Assembly (NCBI GenBank): GCA_013239625.1
Contig: MU054001.1
Coordinates: forward strand, 5,629,078 to 5,693,077
Length of the DNA: 64,000 nucleotides
Reading direction: 5' to 3'
Origin: Lama guanicoe
Lineage: Eukaryota
The notes beneath the pieces are model-generated. The model saw only the letters and a list, made by a program, of their open reading frames with translations. It made no database searches and was not told the DNA's origin. Positions 40,571 to 52,590 of the stretch are shown here, piece after piece. The position numbers were made by a program, and so were the translations under genes. Numbering within the stretch: position 1 is the stretch's first letter; every line of letters starts with the position of its first letter.

Positions 40571-41515
40571 ATTAAGAGGCATCAAAGGAATATCTCCCAG
40601 GCCAAGGCACAAGATAAAATCCCAGAAGAAGAAATAAGTGATAAGGAGATAGGTAATTTATCTGAGAAAATAGTTTAAAGCAATGATGGTGAAGAGGTTT
40701 GGAGAACTCGAGAGGAGTATAGATGCACAGAGTGACGTTTTTAGCAAAGAGTTGGGAAATATAAGAACACCCAAACAGAGCTGAAGAATAAAATCAGTGA
40801 AATGAACAATACACTAGAAGGAACCAAGAATAGACTAAATGAGGCAGAAGAACGGATCAGTGAGCTAGAAGACAGATTAGTGGAAATCACTACTTCAGAA
40901 CAGAAAAAAGAATAAAAAGGAATGAGGACAGTTTAAGAGAACTCTGGGACAACATGAAGCGCTCTGATATTCACATTATAGGGTTCCCAGAAAGAGAAGA
41001 GAGAGAGGAAGGACCTGAGAAAATTTGGGGAGAAATAATAACTGACAACTTCCCCAACTTGGGAAAGGAAACAGTCACCCAAGTCCTGGAAGTGCAGACA
41101 GTACCACACAGAATCAACCCAAAGAGGAACACACCAAGGCACATAGTTGCCGAGTTGACAATTAAGGAGAAGGAGAAAATATAAAAATTAGCAAGAGAAA
41201 AGCAACAAATAACATACAAGGGAGCTCCCATAAGGTTATCAGCTGATCTTACAGCAGCAACTCTACAGGCCAGAAGGGAGTGGCACGATATGTTTAAAGT
41301 GATGCAAGGGGGAAACTTACAACCAAGAACACTCTATCCAGCCAGGCTCTTGTTCAGACTTGATGGAGAAATCAAAAGATTCACAGCTAAACAAAAGCTA
41401 AAAGATTTCAGCACCACCAAACCAGCTTTACAACAAATGTTAAAGGAACTTCTCTAGTCATCAAACCATAAGAAAAGAGAATAAAAAGAAAAAAGAGAAA
41501 AAAAAATCTACAAAA
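40571..41515 (+). mobile_element. Relatively young L1 ORF1 (disrupted) plus inter-ORF spacer
   Basis: KRHQRNISQAKAQDK...; KRSDIHIIGFPEREERE...DNFPNLGKE...INPKRNTPRHIV; ends QQMLKELL* at ~41457. Confidence 0.9.
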
Positions 41516-42190
41516 GATTGCTTTGGCTTCTCGGGGTCTTTTGTGGTTCCTCATACATTTTGGAGTTGTTTGTTCTAGTTCTGTGAGGAATGTCTTGAGT
41601 ATATTGATGGGGGTTGCATTGGACCTGTGGATTGCTTTGGGTAGTGTGGCCATTTTGATAGTGTTGATTCTTCCAATCCAAGAGCACAAGAAATCTTTCC
41701 ATTTCCTTGTGTCATTTTGGTTTTCAGAGTATAGGTAACCTCCTTGGTTAAGTTTATTTCTGAGTATTTTGTTGTTTTTAATGTAATTGAAATGTCTCTG
41801 CCAGTTATAAAATTCTGGTTTTTGAAGTGAAAAAAAAAAGTGAATGAAGGGCCACAAATGGCAAAATATCCTTCTTTTTTATGGGTGAGTTGTATTCCAT
41901 TACATATATATATGTATACATATACATATGTGTGTGTGTATATATATTTTATATATATATATATATTTTGCATCTCCATTATCTATTCAACTATTGATAT
42001 GCACTTAGGATGCTTCCATATCTTGGCAATTATAAATAATGTTGCTGTTAATAGCAGGGTGTATGTATTTTTTGAATTAATTCTTATTTTGTGGTTGGCT
42101 TTGTTCTTTGATAACTATGTAAGTTTAAAAAGCTAAATCTCTAAACGTTCTTAGAAACAATGAACAGTACATATACGTAAATTAAAAGAT
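41516..42190. mobile_element. Rearranged L1 pieces: inverted ORF2 segment (~41516-41800), A-tract, inverted 3' segment (~41850-42078) and sense 3' UTR piece (42080-42187)
   Basis: Minus-strand RKWKDFLCSWIGRINTIKMATLPKAIHRSNATPI is L1 ORF2; the last piece matches 19150-19260. Confidence 0.75.
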
Positions 42191-42199
42191 ACATGTGCA

Positions 42200-43490
42200 T
42201 TAAAAAAATGATCTATCAAGCCATGAAAGCCATAGAAGAAACTTGAAAGACATATTACAAATGAAAGAAGCCAGTCCAAAAGGGCTAAAAACTGTATGAT
42301 TCCAACCAAATGACATTCTGGAAAAGGCACAGCTACAGAAACAATAAAAAGATTGTGGTTTCCAGGGGTTTGAGGAGAGGGAAGGAGGAATGAATAAGTG
42401 GAGCACAAGGATTTTTAGGGCAATGAAATTATTCTGTATGATACTATAGTGGCTACATCTCATTATACACTTGTCAAAACCCATAGAACGTACAATATCA
42501 AGAGTAAACCCTAATGTAAACTATGAAAAAAAAAAAAAAGAACTAATTCCTGAGTCAAACTAATGCCAAAGGTTTGGAAGAAAAGTAGAAACTATCAGTG
42601 GAGTCACAGAAAGAAAGGCCAGTGAGTTCATAAAAAAAACAGAAACCAACAACAAAAACAATTATAAAAATGGTAGAATGCATTGAACTGGAATTTATAT
42701 CATGGAAGCATTCCAAAGAGAAAGAGAGACTGTGTCAAATGAAGCCAATAAAGAAGTGTGAATTGAGAAATCTTTTTTTCCTGTGATAAACTTGTTCTAA
42801 AATGGGATTGTGAGGGAGACACAACTCTGCACATTTACACACACACAAAAAATAAGAATTTTGTATTTAAATGAGTGAATTTATGGCATGTAAATTATGC
42901 CTAAAGAAATCTCTTTCAAAATGAAAGAGTATTTAGCACAGATCTACCCATTAGACCTGCTCCCAGGTATGCGTCCCACAGGATAAATGAAAACAGATAT
43001 TTAGAAAACAGATGCATCTATATATATACAAAAATATTTATTCATAATAACCCACACTTGAACTAGCCCAAATGTCCATTATTAAGAGAATGTATTAATA
43101 TTTTGTGATATAATCTTACAAGGTCAAATTATTCAGCCCTACAAACAGAATGAATGGCATATTCAAATAGTAACATGTAGCTGTAAAAACATTCCTTAGA
43201 GCAAAAGAGACAGACATCAAAGTATACATTGTGGTTTTTTTGTTAATTTTCATCAAGTTCAGCCACCTTCAGACTGATGGATGCATGTCGTGAGAGTGTG
43301 TGTATTTCTACTGAAATGTGATGGAGGGTATATATTCTGTGTTACCGGATGTGATTCAAACATATGGTTCATACACTGACTTTTATGATACTGTTGAGGG
43401 TTAGGAGTTTGAAAGATTTGTGAAATCATAAACTTTACATTGACACATTTCACTTTATTTTTTATGGTATACAAATACAAACAAAAAAAA
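42200..43490 (+). mobile_element. Old L1 3' fragments (L1MC1-like 42200-42530, then L1ME-like)
   Basis: ctatcaagccatgaaa...tgacattctggaaaaggc...cattatacacttgtcaaaacccatagaa; aactagcccaaatgtccatt. Confidence 0.75.
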
Positions 43491-43559
43491 AGAGGTCAGA
43501 AAAAATTGCCATTAGACAATAATGGAGAAAATGATATTTTAGTTACAACCCTCTCCTCT

Positions 43560-43625
43560 GACAGCCACGCCTCCTCCCCACCGACACTGACCAGATAACT
43601 GACCAATCCAGGACGTCAGTTGGGT
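43560..43625 (+). promoter_or_regulatory. Compact proximal promoter of the CTAGE-like gene (GC/KLF box, CCAAT box, CRE-like site)
   Basis: GCCACGCCTC at 43564-43573, CCAAT at 43603-43607 and GGACGTCA at 43611-43618 (one mismatch to TGACGTCA), immediately upstream of the ORF where AT-rich L1 sequence gives way to GC-richer sequence. Confidence 0.5.
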
Positions 43626-43635
43626 TCCAGGTGGA

Positions 43636-44343
43636 ATGTTGGGGGGTCCTCTGGGGCTTGTTGTGGCTGGTGGCTCCATGGTAACTGGGCAGAGCCCTGG
43701 GTGGGTCAGTGCCATGGAGGGGCTCCTGTCCTCTGTGGAGCTTGGCTTTGGGCTGACCCTTAGGAAGCTGAGCGCAGTCCTGGTTATGCTGCTGTTCAGT
43801 CGCCTATGTTCTCAGTTCATGTTCCAGATCCTCTACGGGGAGACAGCGTTGAGTCTGCCTGTCCTCACCTTATTGCTGGGCATTTTATTTACTTTCAGAC
43901 TTATTCAGTCTGTTAGAAGCGAACTTAACAGAAGACATAAAAAGCAACTGGCAAAAGCACTGGGTTCACGGACTGATGAGAAACGCCACCTCATTGACCA
44001 GCTTTGCATGGCTAAAAAGGAGTATGCCAAGATGGAGACAACTGTAAAGAGCGCCAGGCTAGAGAAGGAGCCAGTAAATATACCCAGCCTCGTTGACACT
44101 TACACAAAGTTGATGACAGTCAACCTGAGCTTGAGGAAGGAAATCGATTCTCTCATCCAAGAACTGAGAAAAGAGACATCCCTGCAGTCTATTCAAGAAG
44201 AGAGGGCGGAGATGCTAAGACTGCTCAAGTTCCTGGAAGAGGTCACGAGAATCAGCACATCACAAGGGGCTTTTACACACCAGCCAGGGGACCGAGCACC
44301 AAGTCCTGATGGTCCCTTTCCCAGGAGTGGGCCCTCGTCTTAA
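43636..44343 (+). CDS. Intronless cTAGE5/MIA2-family (CTAGE-like) retrogene: membrane-anchored coiled-coil protein, 235 aa (209 aa from the ATG at 43714)
   Basis: Longest ORF in the track and uninterrupted. Hydrophobic segments (LSAVLVMLLF..., LPVLTLLLGILFTF) are followed by RLIQSVRSELNRRHKKQLAKALGSRTDEKRHLIDQLCMAKKEYAKMETTVKSARLEKE...TYTKL...EIDSLIQELRKE. By eye this aligns with the cTAGE5 post-TM coiled coil (RSFRSVRSRLYVGREKKLA..LSGLIEEK..L..K.SLVQKEY...E..ESSLKDASFEKE...TCEKL...EILCLEKELKEE). Short Pro-rich tail. Strong Kozak gccATGG at 43714. A-tract at 45021-45030. Confidence 0.8.
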   Translation: MLGGPLGLVVAGGSMVTGQSPGWVSAMEGLLSSVELGFGLTLRKLSAVLVMLLFSRLCSQFMFQILYGETALSLPVLTLLLGILFTFRLIQSVRSELNRRHKKQLAKALGSRTDEKRHLIDQLCMAKKEYAKMETTVKSARLEKEPVNIPSLVDTYTKLMTVNLSLRKEIDSLIQELRKETSLQSIQEERAEMLRLLKFLEEVTRISTSQGAFTHQPGDRAPSPDGPFPRSGPSS

Positions 44344-45030
44344 AGCTGTGCTGTTCCCTCCCCTCCGCTCAGGCCTCCCAAACTGCCAGGCTGCATTCAC
44401 TCACTCAGTCAGATCCCCACCTGAGCGGCACTGAGGCCAGTGGAGGGAGGGCAGGCCCTCCTTTGGACCAGAGTTCCTCCAGCTTTAGCAGTGAGCACAG
44501 CAGTGAGCTCCTTCATGGTCAACATTCCTCATCTAAAACATACTGGAACTCCCAGAACACACCACGAAGCGTGGGGTTTTTTTTATACTCAGCAAATGTT
44601 TGGATGATCTCTTATTATTTGTGAAGGAAATGCTGTAATTGAGACTGATCTTCTACTTAATTTGAATCTATATTAAACCTCATTTCTCAAGATAACTTGG
44701 ATAACTATTATTTATCAGCAATGTAATTGAAGTGTGTATATAGTTATTCTGTGTACAAATATTGCATTATAATTTGAAAATGTGTGCAATTTGCCAGTAT
44801 AAACTTTTAGACAGCCATAGCATTTACTTCTAGAGTTTAATTCTGAAGTCTTCAGTTTAAGTCAGAGTCTTTTTTTACCTGAGTATGTATAGTTTTTTAA
44901 AAAATAGATGAACTTTTTTAAGATGCAGTTAAATTGCACTCTTAAAAGAAACTTTTATCATTTAATTTTTATATTCTGCTATAGCCATACGCATAAGAAA
45001 ACAATCAATTTGATAAATTTAAAAAAAAAA
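44344..45030 (+). other. Putative 3' UTR and poly(A) remnant of the CTAGE-like retrocopy
   Basis: AT-rich sequence not resembling a known repeat follows the stop codon and ends in A10 at 45021-45030. Only a variant signal (GATAAA 45012-45017) is visible. Confidence 0.5.
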
Positions 45031-46705
45031 GATTAAGAAAAAAGGCCCTGTGCCATAGGAACTTTTCAAAGCCAAAAAAATCCTTTAACCCTACAGTGGG
45101 CCTTAGTGACATTGTTTGGTAGCAAGAGCAAAGAGTTATCCGGTCTGAAACATCAAAAGTCCTTTCTCAGCCCCGCTTCAGCCCTCATGGATTGTATCAC
45201 GCAATTTAGCATTTATTTATTATATTGGTTTAAAGCTTTATATTGTTAAAATAATAGATGAAGAGTGTCTTCCATGGGGTGGGGGCATTGCTCCCCACTT
45301 CAGAAGCAGTCTCTTTAACCACTAGTGATTTCAGTTGTTCAGGTGGTTAATTCCACCTTTGAGGACGTCTATGGACTCACACTGTGACACATGAGGACCT
45401 GCCTCCCTCACACTGCCTCCTCCCCCCCCAAAAATTCTAGAATCCACTTTTCTTCTAGCCATCTGTTGCCTGAGTCAATTTGAATATTCAGAACTTACTT
45501 TCTTTTCCATCAACCTGACATACTCCCTAACTTCTCTCTCACTTTGTAAGATAAAGATCTCAAAACTCTTTACCATTTTTTTATTCCCCCTCCCTCACCT
45601 TTCACACTTTATCTTTTATCAGCTACACTTAAAAGAAAAAAACAAACAAAACTTTTCTTTTAGTACAACATAAAGAAAAGTGCACGTATCATAAGAGTAC
45701 AGCTTGATGATTTTTCATAGAGGAAACACACTTCTTTGACCAGCACCCAGATCAAGAAACAGAACATTGTTGTCTCCCCAGAAATACCCTTTGTGGTGTT
45801 AGAAGAGTTCCAAGGTGCCCAGAACAAAACCAATTTTAATACGTGTTTTAAAGGCCAGTTTCTATCGAACAGCATTTGTAGGGGAATAGAAAGGGGTTGT
45901 CGGAACTAGCATAAAATTAAACACTAAGGTTCTGTACTAAAAAATGATTGTGGTTTGCCATGGAATTGAACATAGTCACCTTAAAATTATTTTTGTTTGC
46001 TTCCCATGTGGATCATAATTTTCTTGTACAATCATTCTTTTTTCCTGGAGTGTCTAACTGATAGTTTTTGTACCCCTTGCACTAGGTGTCTTTATCACAT
46101 TCTTATGTTAAAAAAAAACTAAAGTCTTAGCTGAAGTCCTTCATTTTTCCAGAGGCTTCTGTCTTGAACTCTCCATCTCTCTGCTGTAAGCTAAACTATT
46201 TCCTTCTTGGCGATACAGTGTCTTCCTTTCCCTGCTTTCATGAGTGGGAGCTGCTGTTCCCCAAGACCGCCTTGCCCCCTATTTATTGATCTACACATCC
46301 TCACGTAGCTTCCTATAACAGGGACTGTGGCAGTTACATTTTCTACGACCTTGCCTGTTTAGAAAATCTTTTTTTTTATTTTACTCTTACCTGATAGAGA
46401 TTTAAAATAATATTTTCTCATAACTGTGAAAGCATTTCTCTATTATGTCCAGGGTTACTAAGAAGTCTGAAACCAGACTGGTCCCTGTTCCTTTTTTTAG
46501 CTGACTTGTTTTGCCACTTTGGAAACTTCTGGAACTTTCTGTCTCCTTGCCATTCTGACATGTTACTAGAACATCTTTTTCATTCATTGTGGGCCCTTTC
46601 CATCTAAACATCTGGATCCTGATTCAACTTTGAGAAATGCTCTTCCTTCTTTATTATTTCTTTCTCTATTTTTCCCCCTTTTTTGTGTTTTCTCCTGTGT
46701 TTTGA

Positions 46706-46784
46706 TTTTTTTTCTTTTTTAATGGAGGTACTGGACTTCGTGTAGGCTAAGCATGCGCTGTAGCACTGAGCTATGCCCTCCCCC
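46706..46784 (-). mobile_element. Internally deleted Vic-1-type SINE
   Basis: aatggaggtactgg...gctaagcatgcgc...actgagctatgccctcccc; flanking tctcctgt repeat. Confidence 0.75.
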
Positions 46785-47289
46785 TCTCCTGTCTCTTCTG
46801 TCTCTTGAATTCTTATCTTTTCTTTCTTGTTTGACTTTCTACAAAACTTGACTTTGCATCCTTTAATTATTTAATTGGCTTTGCTTTCCAGCCTTTAATA
46901 ATTTACTTTGTTTTGGCCGTAATTGTTTAATCCTTGAAAGCGTCCTCATTTCTCCAGTTGCTCCTTCATAGCGTCCTCTTCTTGTTTTACTGATGTGATA
47001 TCGTCTTGAATCTCTCTCAGTGGATTCATTAGGTGGTTTCAAAAATAGGGTTTTTCTTTTCTGATCCTTGAATTGTCTTTTTTTCTTTTTCTTTTTTTTT
47101 CTGTTTGGGGTTTTTAATTTTGGTTATTCCCTTCTAAGATGCTGATTGCATCAGAAACCTAGGGACCCATCATGACCTTCTATTCATTTGAAAGAAGGAA
47201 ACACAGGGCAGTGGGGCTGGGTGTCTGCTGCTGCTGGGAAGGACTGGCTGTTTCACGGTATCTTCTCCAGAGAAGACCTCTTTGAGAGG

Positions 47290-47580
47290 TGGTTCCTAGG
47301 GCTGCCATGATAAAATTAGCACAGACTGGGTGGCTTAGACAACAGAAATTCGTTTTCTCCCAGTTCTGGAGGCTGGAAGTCCCAGATCAAGGTGCTGGCA
47401 GGTGTGGTTTCTCCAGACGCCTCTCTCCTGAGCAGGCAGACGGCCGCCTTCTCCCTGTGTCCCCACCTGTCTTCCCTCTGTGTGCATGTGCTCCTCTTAC
47501 AAGGACCCCTGTCCCATTGGGGTCCCCTATGAATTCACTCAATCTTAATTGCCTCCTTAAAGGCTCTATCTCCAAATGCT
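47290..47580. mobile_element. MaLR LTR (MLT1C-like)
   Basis: agggctgccat...actgggtggcttagacaacagaaatt...cagttctggaggctggaagtcc. Confidence 0.8.
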
Positions 47581-47723
47581 GGCTGCAGATTGCCAGATTT
47601 TTCTTCAGGGTGAACAGGAAGAAAACCAGCTCTAAGGCCATTGGACCCTCAAATGTTGAATAAGCAGGTCTTTCCTCTGAGACGCTGTTAGCTACGAATG
47701 TTTTTAATAATTTCAAAACAGTG

Positions 47724-47888
47724 TGGGGAGGATATAGCTCTGTGGTAGAGCATGTGCTTAGCATGCACGAGGTCCTGGGTTCAATCTCCAGTACCTCCAT
47801 TAAGATAAATACAATATATAAGCCTAATCACCTCCTCCCAACCAAAAATTTTTTTAAATAAAAATAAATAAAAATATTTTAAAATAAT
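47724..47888 (+). mobile_element. Vic-1-type SINE
   Basis: Near-tRNA-Ala head, cctaatcacctcc tail motif, TSD taataatttca. Confidence 0.9.
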
Positions 47889-47939
47889 AATAATAATTTC
47901 AGAATGCTCAATTAGCAGAGGTTTGTTTTATTTTTCCAC

Positions 47940-48395
47940 TTAAGAAATCTGGAAGTCAATAGTCCAGTACTGTGGTAACAGCTTAGCAAGGTCTTTAAGA
48001 AGCCAGACTCTTTCATCTTTGCTCTTTGCTCTCTTAGCATTTTGACTCTTTTCATCATCATGATTGCAAGATGAGTCCACAGCTCCAGGCATCACTTGCA
48101 CCGTCGGGGAGAGTGGGGAACGGCTGGCACCAGCCGGATCTGTCCGGTTTATCAGGGAGGCAGAGTTCTGCAGAAACTCCCTCAGCATTGTATCTTTGAC
48201 CAGATCTGGGTCACAGACCACAGCTACAAGTGAAGGGGACCTGGAAAATAGGCTGTCGGACAATAGAAAGAGAAGCAGGCATGTATCAGTGCTTAGGATG
48301 GGCATGCAGGCAACCCCAAACAAAATCGGGGTTCTGTGAGGAAAGAAGAAGGGGAGAATAGTTTGGGGGTGGGTAACTCACCGTGTCTACCACAG
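47940..48395. mobile_element. MaLR LTR (MLT1J-like)
   Basis: gcaagatgagtccacagctccaggcatcac; aaaatcggggttctgt..gaaagaagaaggggaga. Confidence 0.6.
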
Positions 48396-50046
48396 ACACC
48401 AACATCTGTACCCACGGAGCACTCTCTTCTCCTCAGATGCTCACACACCTTCCCTCACCCCTGCCCAGGCAGATTTGAGAGGCTCTCCTCTGCTCCCAAG
48501 GCCCGTGGACACCTTAAAGTTGGCATTAATGATGTGGTTTGGAAACTGCTTAGTCTCTGTCTTCTCTCAGGACCATCAGCTCCACACAGGAAGAATTGTG
48601 TCTTGGTTGTCTTGGGAGAACCTGACCCAGAGTAGGTCCTTTGCTCCCTGTTGATGGAGGAAGGAAGAGAGGAGGGATGGGAAAAGGAAGGGGAAGCAAG
48701 GCAGGGGGTGGGATCCTTTGGGTTATTCTTCTGGCTCCTGACAATAATCTTTGGATTCTGGGGTTTTTACGAAGCTATGATTTAAATTGAACTTTGTAGA
48801 ACACTAAGATGTGCAGAGAAAATGTAGCTTCCTTAGCTTTCCAGTGTCCGATGAGGGCGTACCCTTCAGAGAGAAGTGAATGAGAGGAGCTGGGTCTAGT
48901 CCAGCCTGGTGAATAGTCCAGAGCAGTCATTTCACAGCCCCTTTGAGGGATGCCTCCTTCTCCTTCCCAGGATGGCACTTTGGGATAGAGGGTCCCTGAG
49001 TCCTAGAGATGACAGAAGGGTCCCTCCGACCCAGGCAGTGCCCTGTGGGTGCTCACTGGTCCCTTGAATTGAGTATCTTCTCTGTCTTACCATCTGGGAC
49101 TGGTGACCCCTGACCTGTGATTGTCCCTCTGGTCTCCACTGACAATGTCCATGGGTCTGACCATGGCGGCCTCTTCATCAGACGCAGAAGGTCCACGGGC
49201 TCTCTCAGGCTCTCTGCTTCTCCTCCCTGCTACATGGGTTCCTGAATGACTCACTGTGGAGGGCCAAGATATTCTGCCATAGTTGTAGTTACCTTTAGTG
49301 TCACATCCTCACTATCTCTCCCATGTCATGTTAAAACGGTGTCAAACCAGACTCATCCAGGACAGCTGATCGTGGTCCCCATGTTCTGAGGTTCCCCCAT
49401 CCCCAGCTGGATGAGCCTAATGCCCCTGCCTCCTCACTTGAGCCACAAAGGGCAGGGACCAGGAAGGACCCATCCAACTTCAAGACCCGTTCTTCTCAGA
49501 ATCCTTTGAGGAGGAAAGAACAGGCTTTTCACTCTCTCCCCTGTGTAACTGAGACCCCCACCAGGTTGTCCTCTCCTTTCCAACCAATTCATTGCTTAAC
49601 TCCAATTGTGCACAGCATGTCTGCAGGGAGAGAAACCAGCCCACCAATATGGGAACATAAATATCATTGCACAATGGCAGATTGGTACAACATATACCAA
49701 ATAAACCTGCAAAGAAAAAATGTTTATTGTAAAGATACAGGATCTCATGTGGCCCCCAAAGCAGGGAATGAAGCAGAAATGGCTGCCACATAATCCCGTA
49801 CAGTAACCAACACATTTCTCAGTCCCAAGTACAGATTCTCAGAGAGAAGCTGATTGCTCAGCTTGGGTCCTCACCAGGGGGACAAGATCACAAGGTACAA
49901 ACATGGTTTCTATGGGGCCATCTACATAGGAGAGGATGCTGTGGGGACAGTTTTTGTAGAAGGAGCAGCGACTTACAGGCTAGGCAGACACCTGTCCAAT
50001 TGAGCACTATGATAGAGACCCACACAGCTAATAAAAATGAACTTGG

Positions 50047-50152
50047 AAAAAAAATGAAAATGAATATATGTATGTATATGCATGACCAAGACAGTGTGCT
50101 CCACACCAGAAATTGACACATTGTATTGACTATACTTCAATAAGAAAAAAAG
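50047..50152 (+). mobile_element. Young truncated L1 3' end with TSD
   Basis: acaccagaaattgacacattgtattgactatacttcaat plus A-tail; TSD AAAATGAACTTGG. Confidence 0.8.
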
Positions 50153-50369
50153 AAAATGAACTTGGGTTCTCAGAGCAATATAAATAGACCTCATTAAATA
50201 ACAGAATTATCCAAGAAAAAATAAAATTTTTGGTCAATATTCAGTGTAACTATGTGATTTTCCAAGTATTTTCGTTATAGAAAGATAGTTGACCTGCCAC
50301 TTCTACTATGTTAATTCTTTTGTGGGACATTTATATGTCTTGCCTTTCTTACGTAAGAGTCATGAGGTA

Positions 50370-51460
50370 AAAATGCATTCTTAGATTTGACACCAAAATC
50401 ACAAGCCACAAGAGAAAAAATTAATTGGGCTCCATTAAAATTAAAAAAAAAACTGTTCTGCCTCAAAGGACATTATCAAGAAAGTGAAAAGAGAACTACA
50501 GAACAAGAGAAAGTATTTGTGAATCATGTATCTGATAAAGGGCTATCCAGAACATGTAAAGAAACCCTAAAACGCAACAACATAGAGACAACCCAATTTA
50601 AAAATGGGCAAAGGACTTGAACCGACATTTATCTAAAGAAGATATACAAATGGTCAACAAGCACATGAAAAAATGCTCAACATCACTGGTCTTTAGAGAT
50701 CTGCAAATCAAAATTACAGTGAGATATCACTTCATACATGGAAGAGCTATGATTATTTTTTTAAAACCTGCAACTAAGCATTAGTGAGGATAGGGAGAAC
50801 TTAGAGCCCTCATGCATTGCTGGTGGGAATATAAAATGGTATAGCTGCTGTGGAAAACAATTTGGTGTTTCCCCCAAAAGTTAAACAGAGAATTACCACA
50901 TGACCCAGCAATTCTCCCCCTAGATATACATTCAAATAAATTGAAAAGAAGGACTCAGGTACTTACATGTCAGCATTCATTACAGCATTATTCACAGTAG
51001 CCAAAAGGCAGAAACAGCCTATGCCCACCAACAGATGAAAGGATACACAAAATACAGTATTATCCATACAGTGGAATATTCTTTAGCCATAAAAGGAATG
51101 TGTCCAAAATTCTGATTCATGCTACAACCTGGATGAACCTTGAAAACACTATGCTCAGTGAAATAAGCCAGACACAAAAGGACAAATACTGTATGATTCC
51201 ACCCGTGTGAATTTTCTAGAATAGCCAAATTCTTTGAGACAGAAAACAGACAAGAGGTTACCAAGGGCTGAGAGCGAGAAGAATGAAAATTTTTCCTAAG
51301 GGTGCAGAGTTTCTGTCTGCAGTAATGGAAGAGGTTTTAGAAATAGGCAGTAAGACTGGTTGCAACCTTGTGAATATAATTAATGCCCCTGAATTCACTT
51401 AAAATGGTTAAAATGATGTATTTTACATTATATGTATTTTTGCCACAATGTTTTTTAAAA
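50370..51460 (+). mobile_element. L1MB-like ORF2 end and 3' UTR
   Basis: tttaaaaatgggcaaaggacttgaa; gctacaacctggatgaaccttgaaaac; cacttaaaatggttaaaatg. Confidence 0.85.
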
Positions 51461-52044
51461 AGGGTCACGAGGATGTTGGTTTAGAATTCTCAGCTCTGTT
51501 GGTGCAGAGCTGCACTAAAATCCCAAACGTGGGAGCCAGTTCTGCTGCAATTATCGTATCATTAGCTCTGTTGTCTTCCTTTGTGGAGGGGAAGAAACAC
51601 ACAACAACAACAACAACCACGTGAGGAGAGAGAAAAAAAGACAATCTTACCTGCATCCTCTCTCATCTTGTTTGGAAGGGGAAACATCATATTGTAATTA
51701 TCGCAAAATATAACTATAAGATATGGGGGGGTGACTGAGTGGCAAAATTCTTCTTTAATGTCTTAAGACATAATACTGTTAAGTGTTTATCTCTAGTTAA
51801 AAATGAGACTCCCTCCCCCTCCAAAAACAACAACAACAGAATGAGAACTGCACCCATGCAATATTAAGCAGTTAAGCAGTCTTTCTCCGTGTGTATATTC
51901 ATATCTAAGGATATGGTTATTAGGGTGATTGAGTTCCCTGGATGGAAGGAAATTCACCTTATGAGAACTGGAGTCACTAGCCAATGAGATCTTTTTCTGC
52001 TGAATGTCTAAATTAATATTATTACTATTATCTTATAAAATGAC

Positions 52045-52590
52045 TGGGTTTGACCCAGCAATTCCAATCCTAGTTACGTGCCCAAGAAACATGAAAATGT
52101 ACATCCATACGAAAACCTACACCCAGCAGTTTTATTCATGATAATCAAAAAGTGGAAACAACCAAATATCCATTAACTAATGAATGGATAAATAAAAGGT
52201 GGTATAGCCATAGAGTGGACTGTTATTCGTCAACAAAAAGGAATGAAGTACTGCCACACGCTGCAAGGTTTTATGAACTTTGAAAATACTATATTACGTG
52301 AAAGAAGCCAGGCAGTAAAGACCAAATATTGTCTGATTCCATTTACGGGAAATGTCCAGAATTAGCAAAGCTATACAGACAGAAAGTAGGTTACTGGCTG
52401 CCTAGAGCTGGGTGGATGGGGGTGTGAAGGTGACCGCTAAAGGGTATAAGGTTTCTTTTTAGGATGATGAAAGTGTTTTAAAAATAGATTGTGGTGATCA
52501 TTGCACAATTCCGTGAATATACTAAAAACCGTTGAACGGTACACTTTAAACGGATGAATTGTAAGGGATGTGAATTATATCTCAGTAAAA
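52045..52590 (+). mobile_element. L1MB-like 3' fragment
   Basis: tgacccagcaattcc...aaaagtggaaacaacc...gtgaattatatctca. Confidence 0.8.

Noticed and set aside
40550..43613. 11-bp match CCAATCCAGGA at 40550-40560 and 43603-43613
   Set aside because: A match of this length is expected by chance within a few kb, and it does not bound a coherent element
47724..47800. Apparent tRNA-Ala(AGC) genes (also 15680, 18887, 36160-36240)
   Set aside because: They carry SINE tails (cctaattacctcc), A-tracts and TSDs, with mismatched stems; they are retroposed SINEs, not tRNA genes
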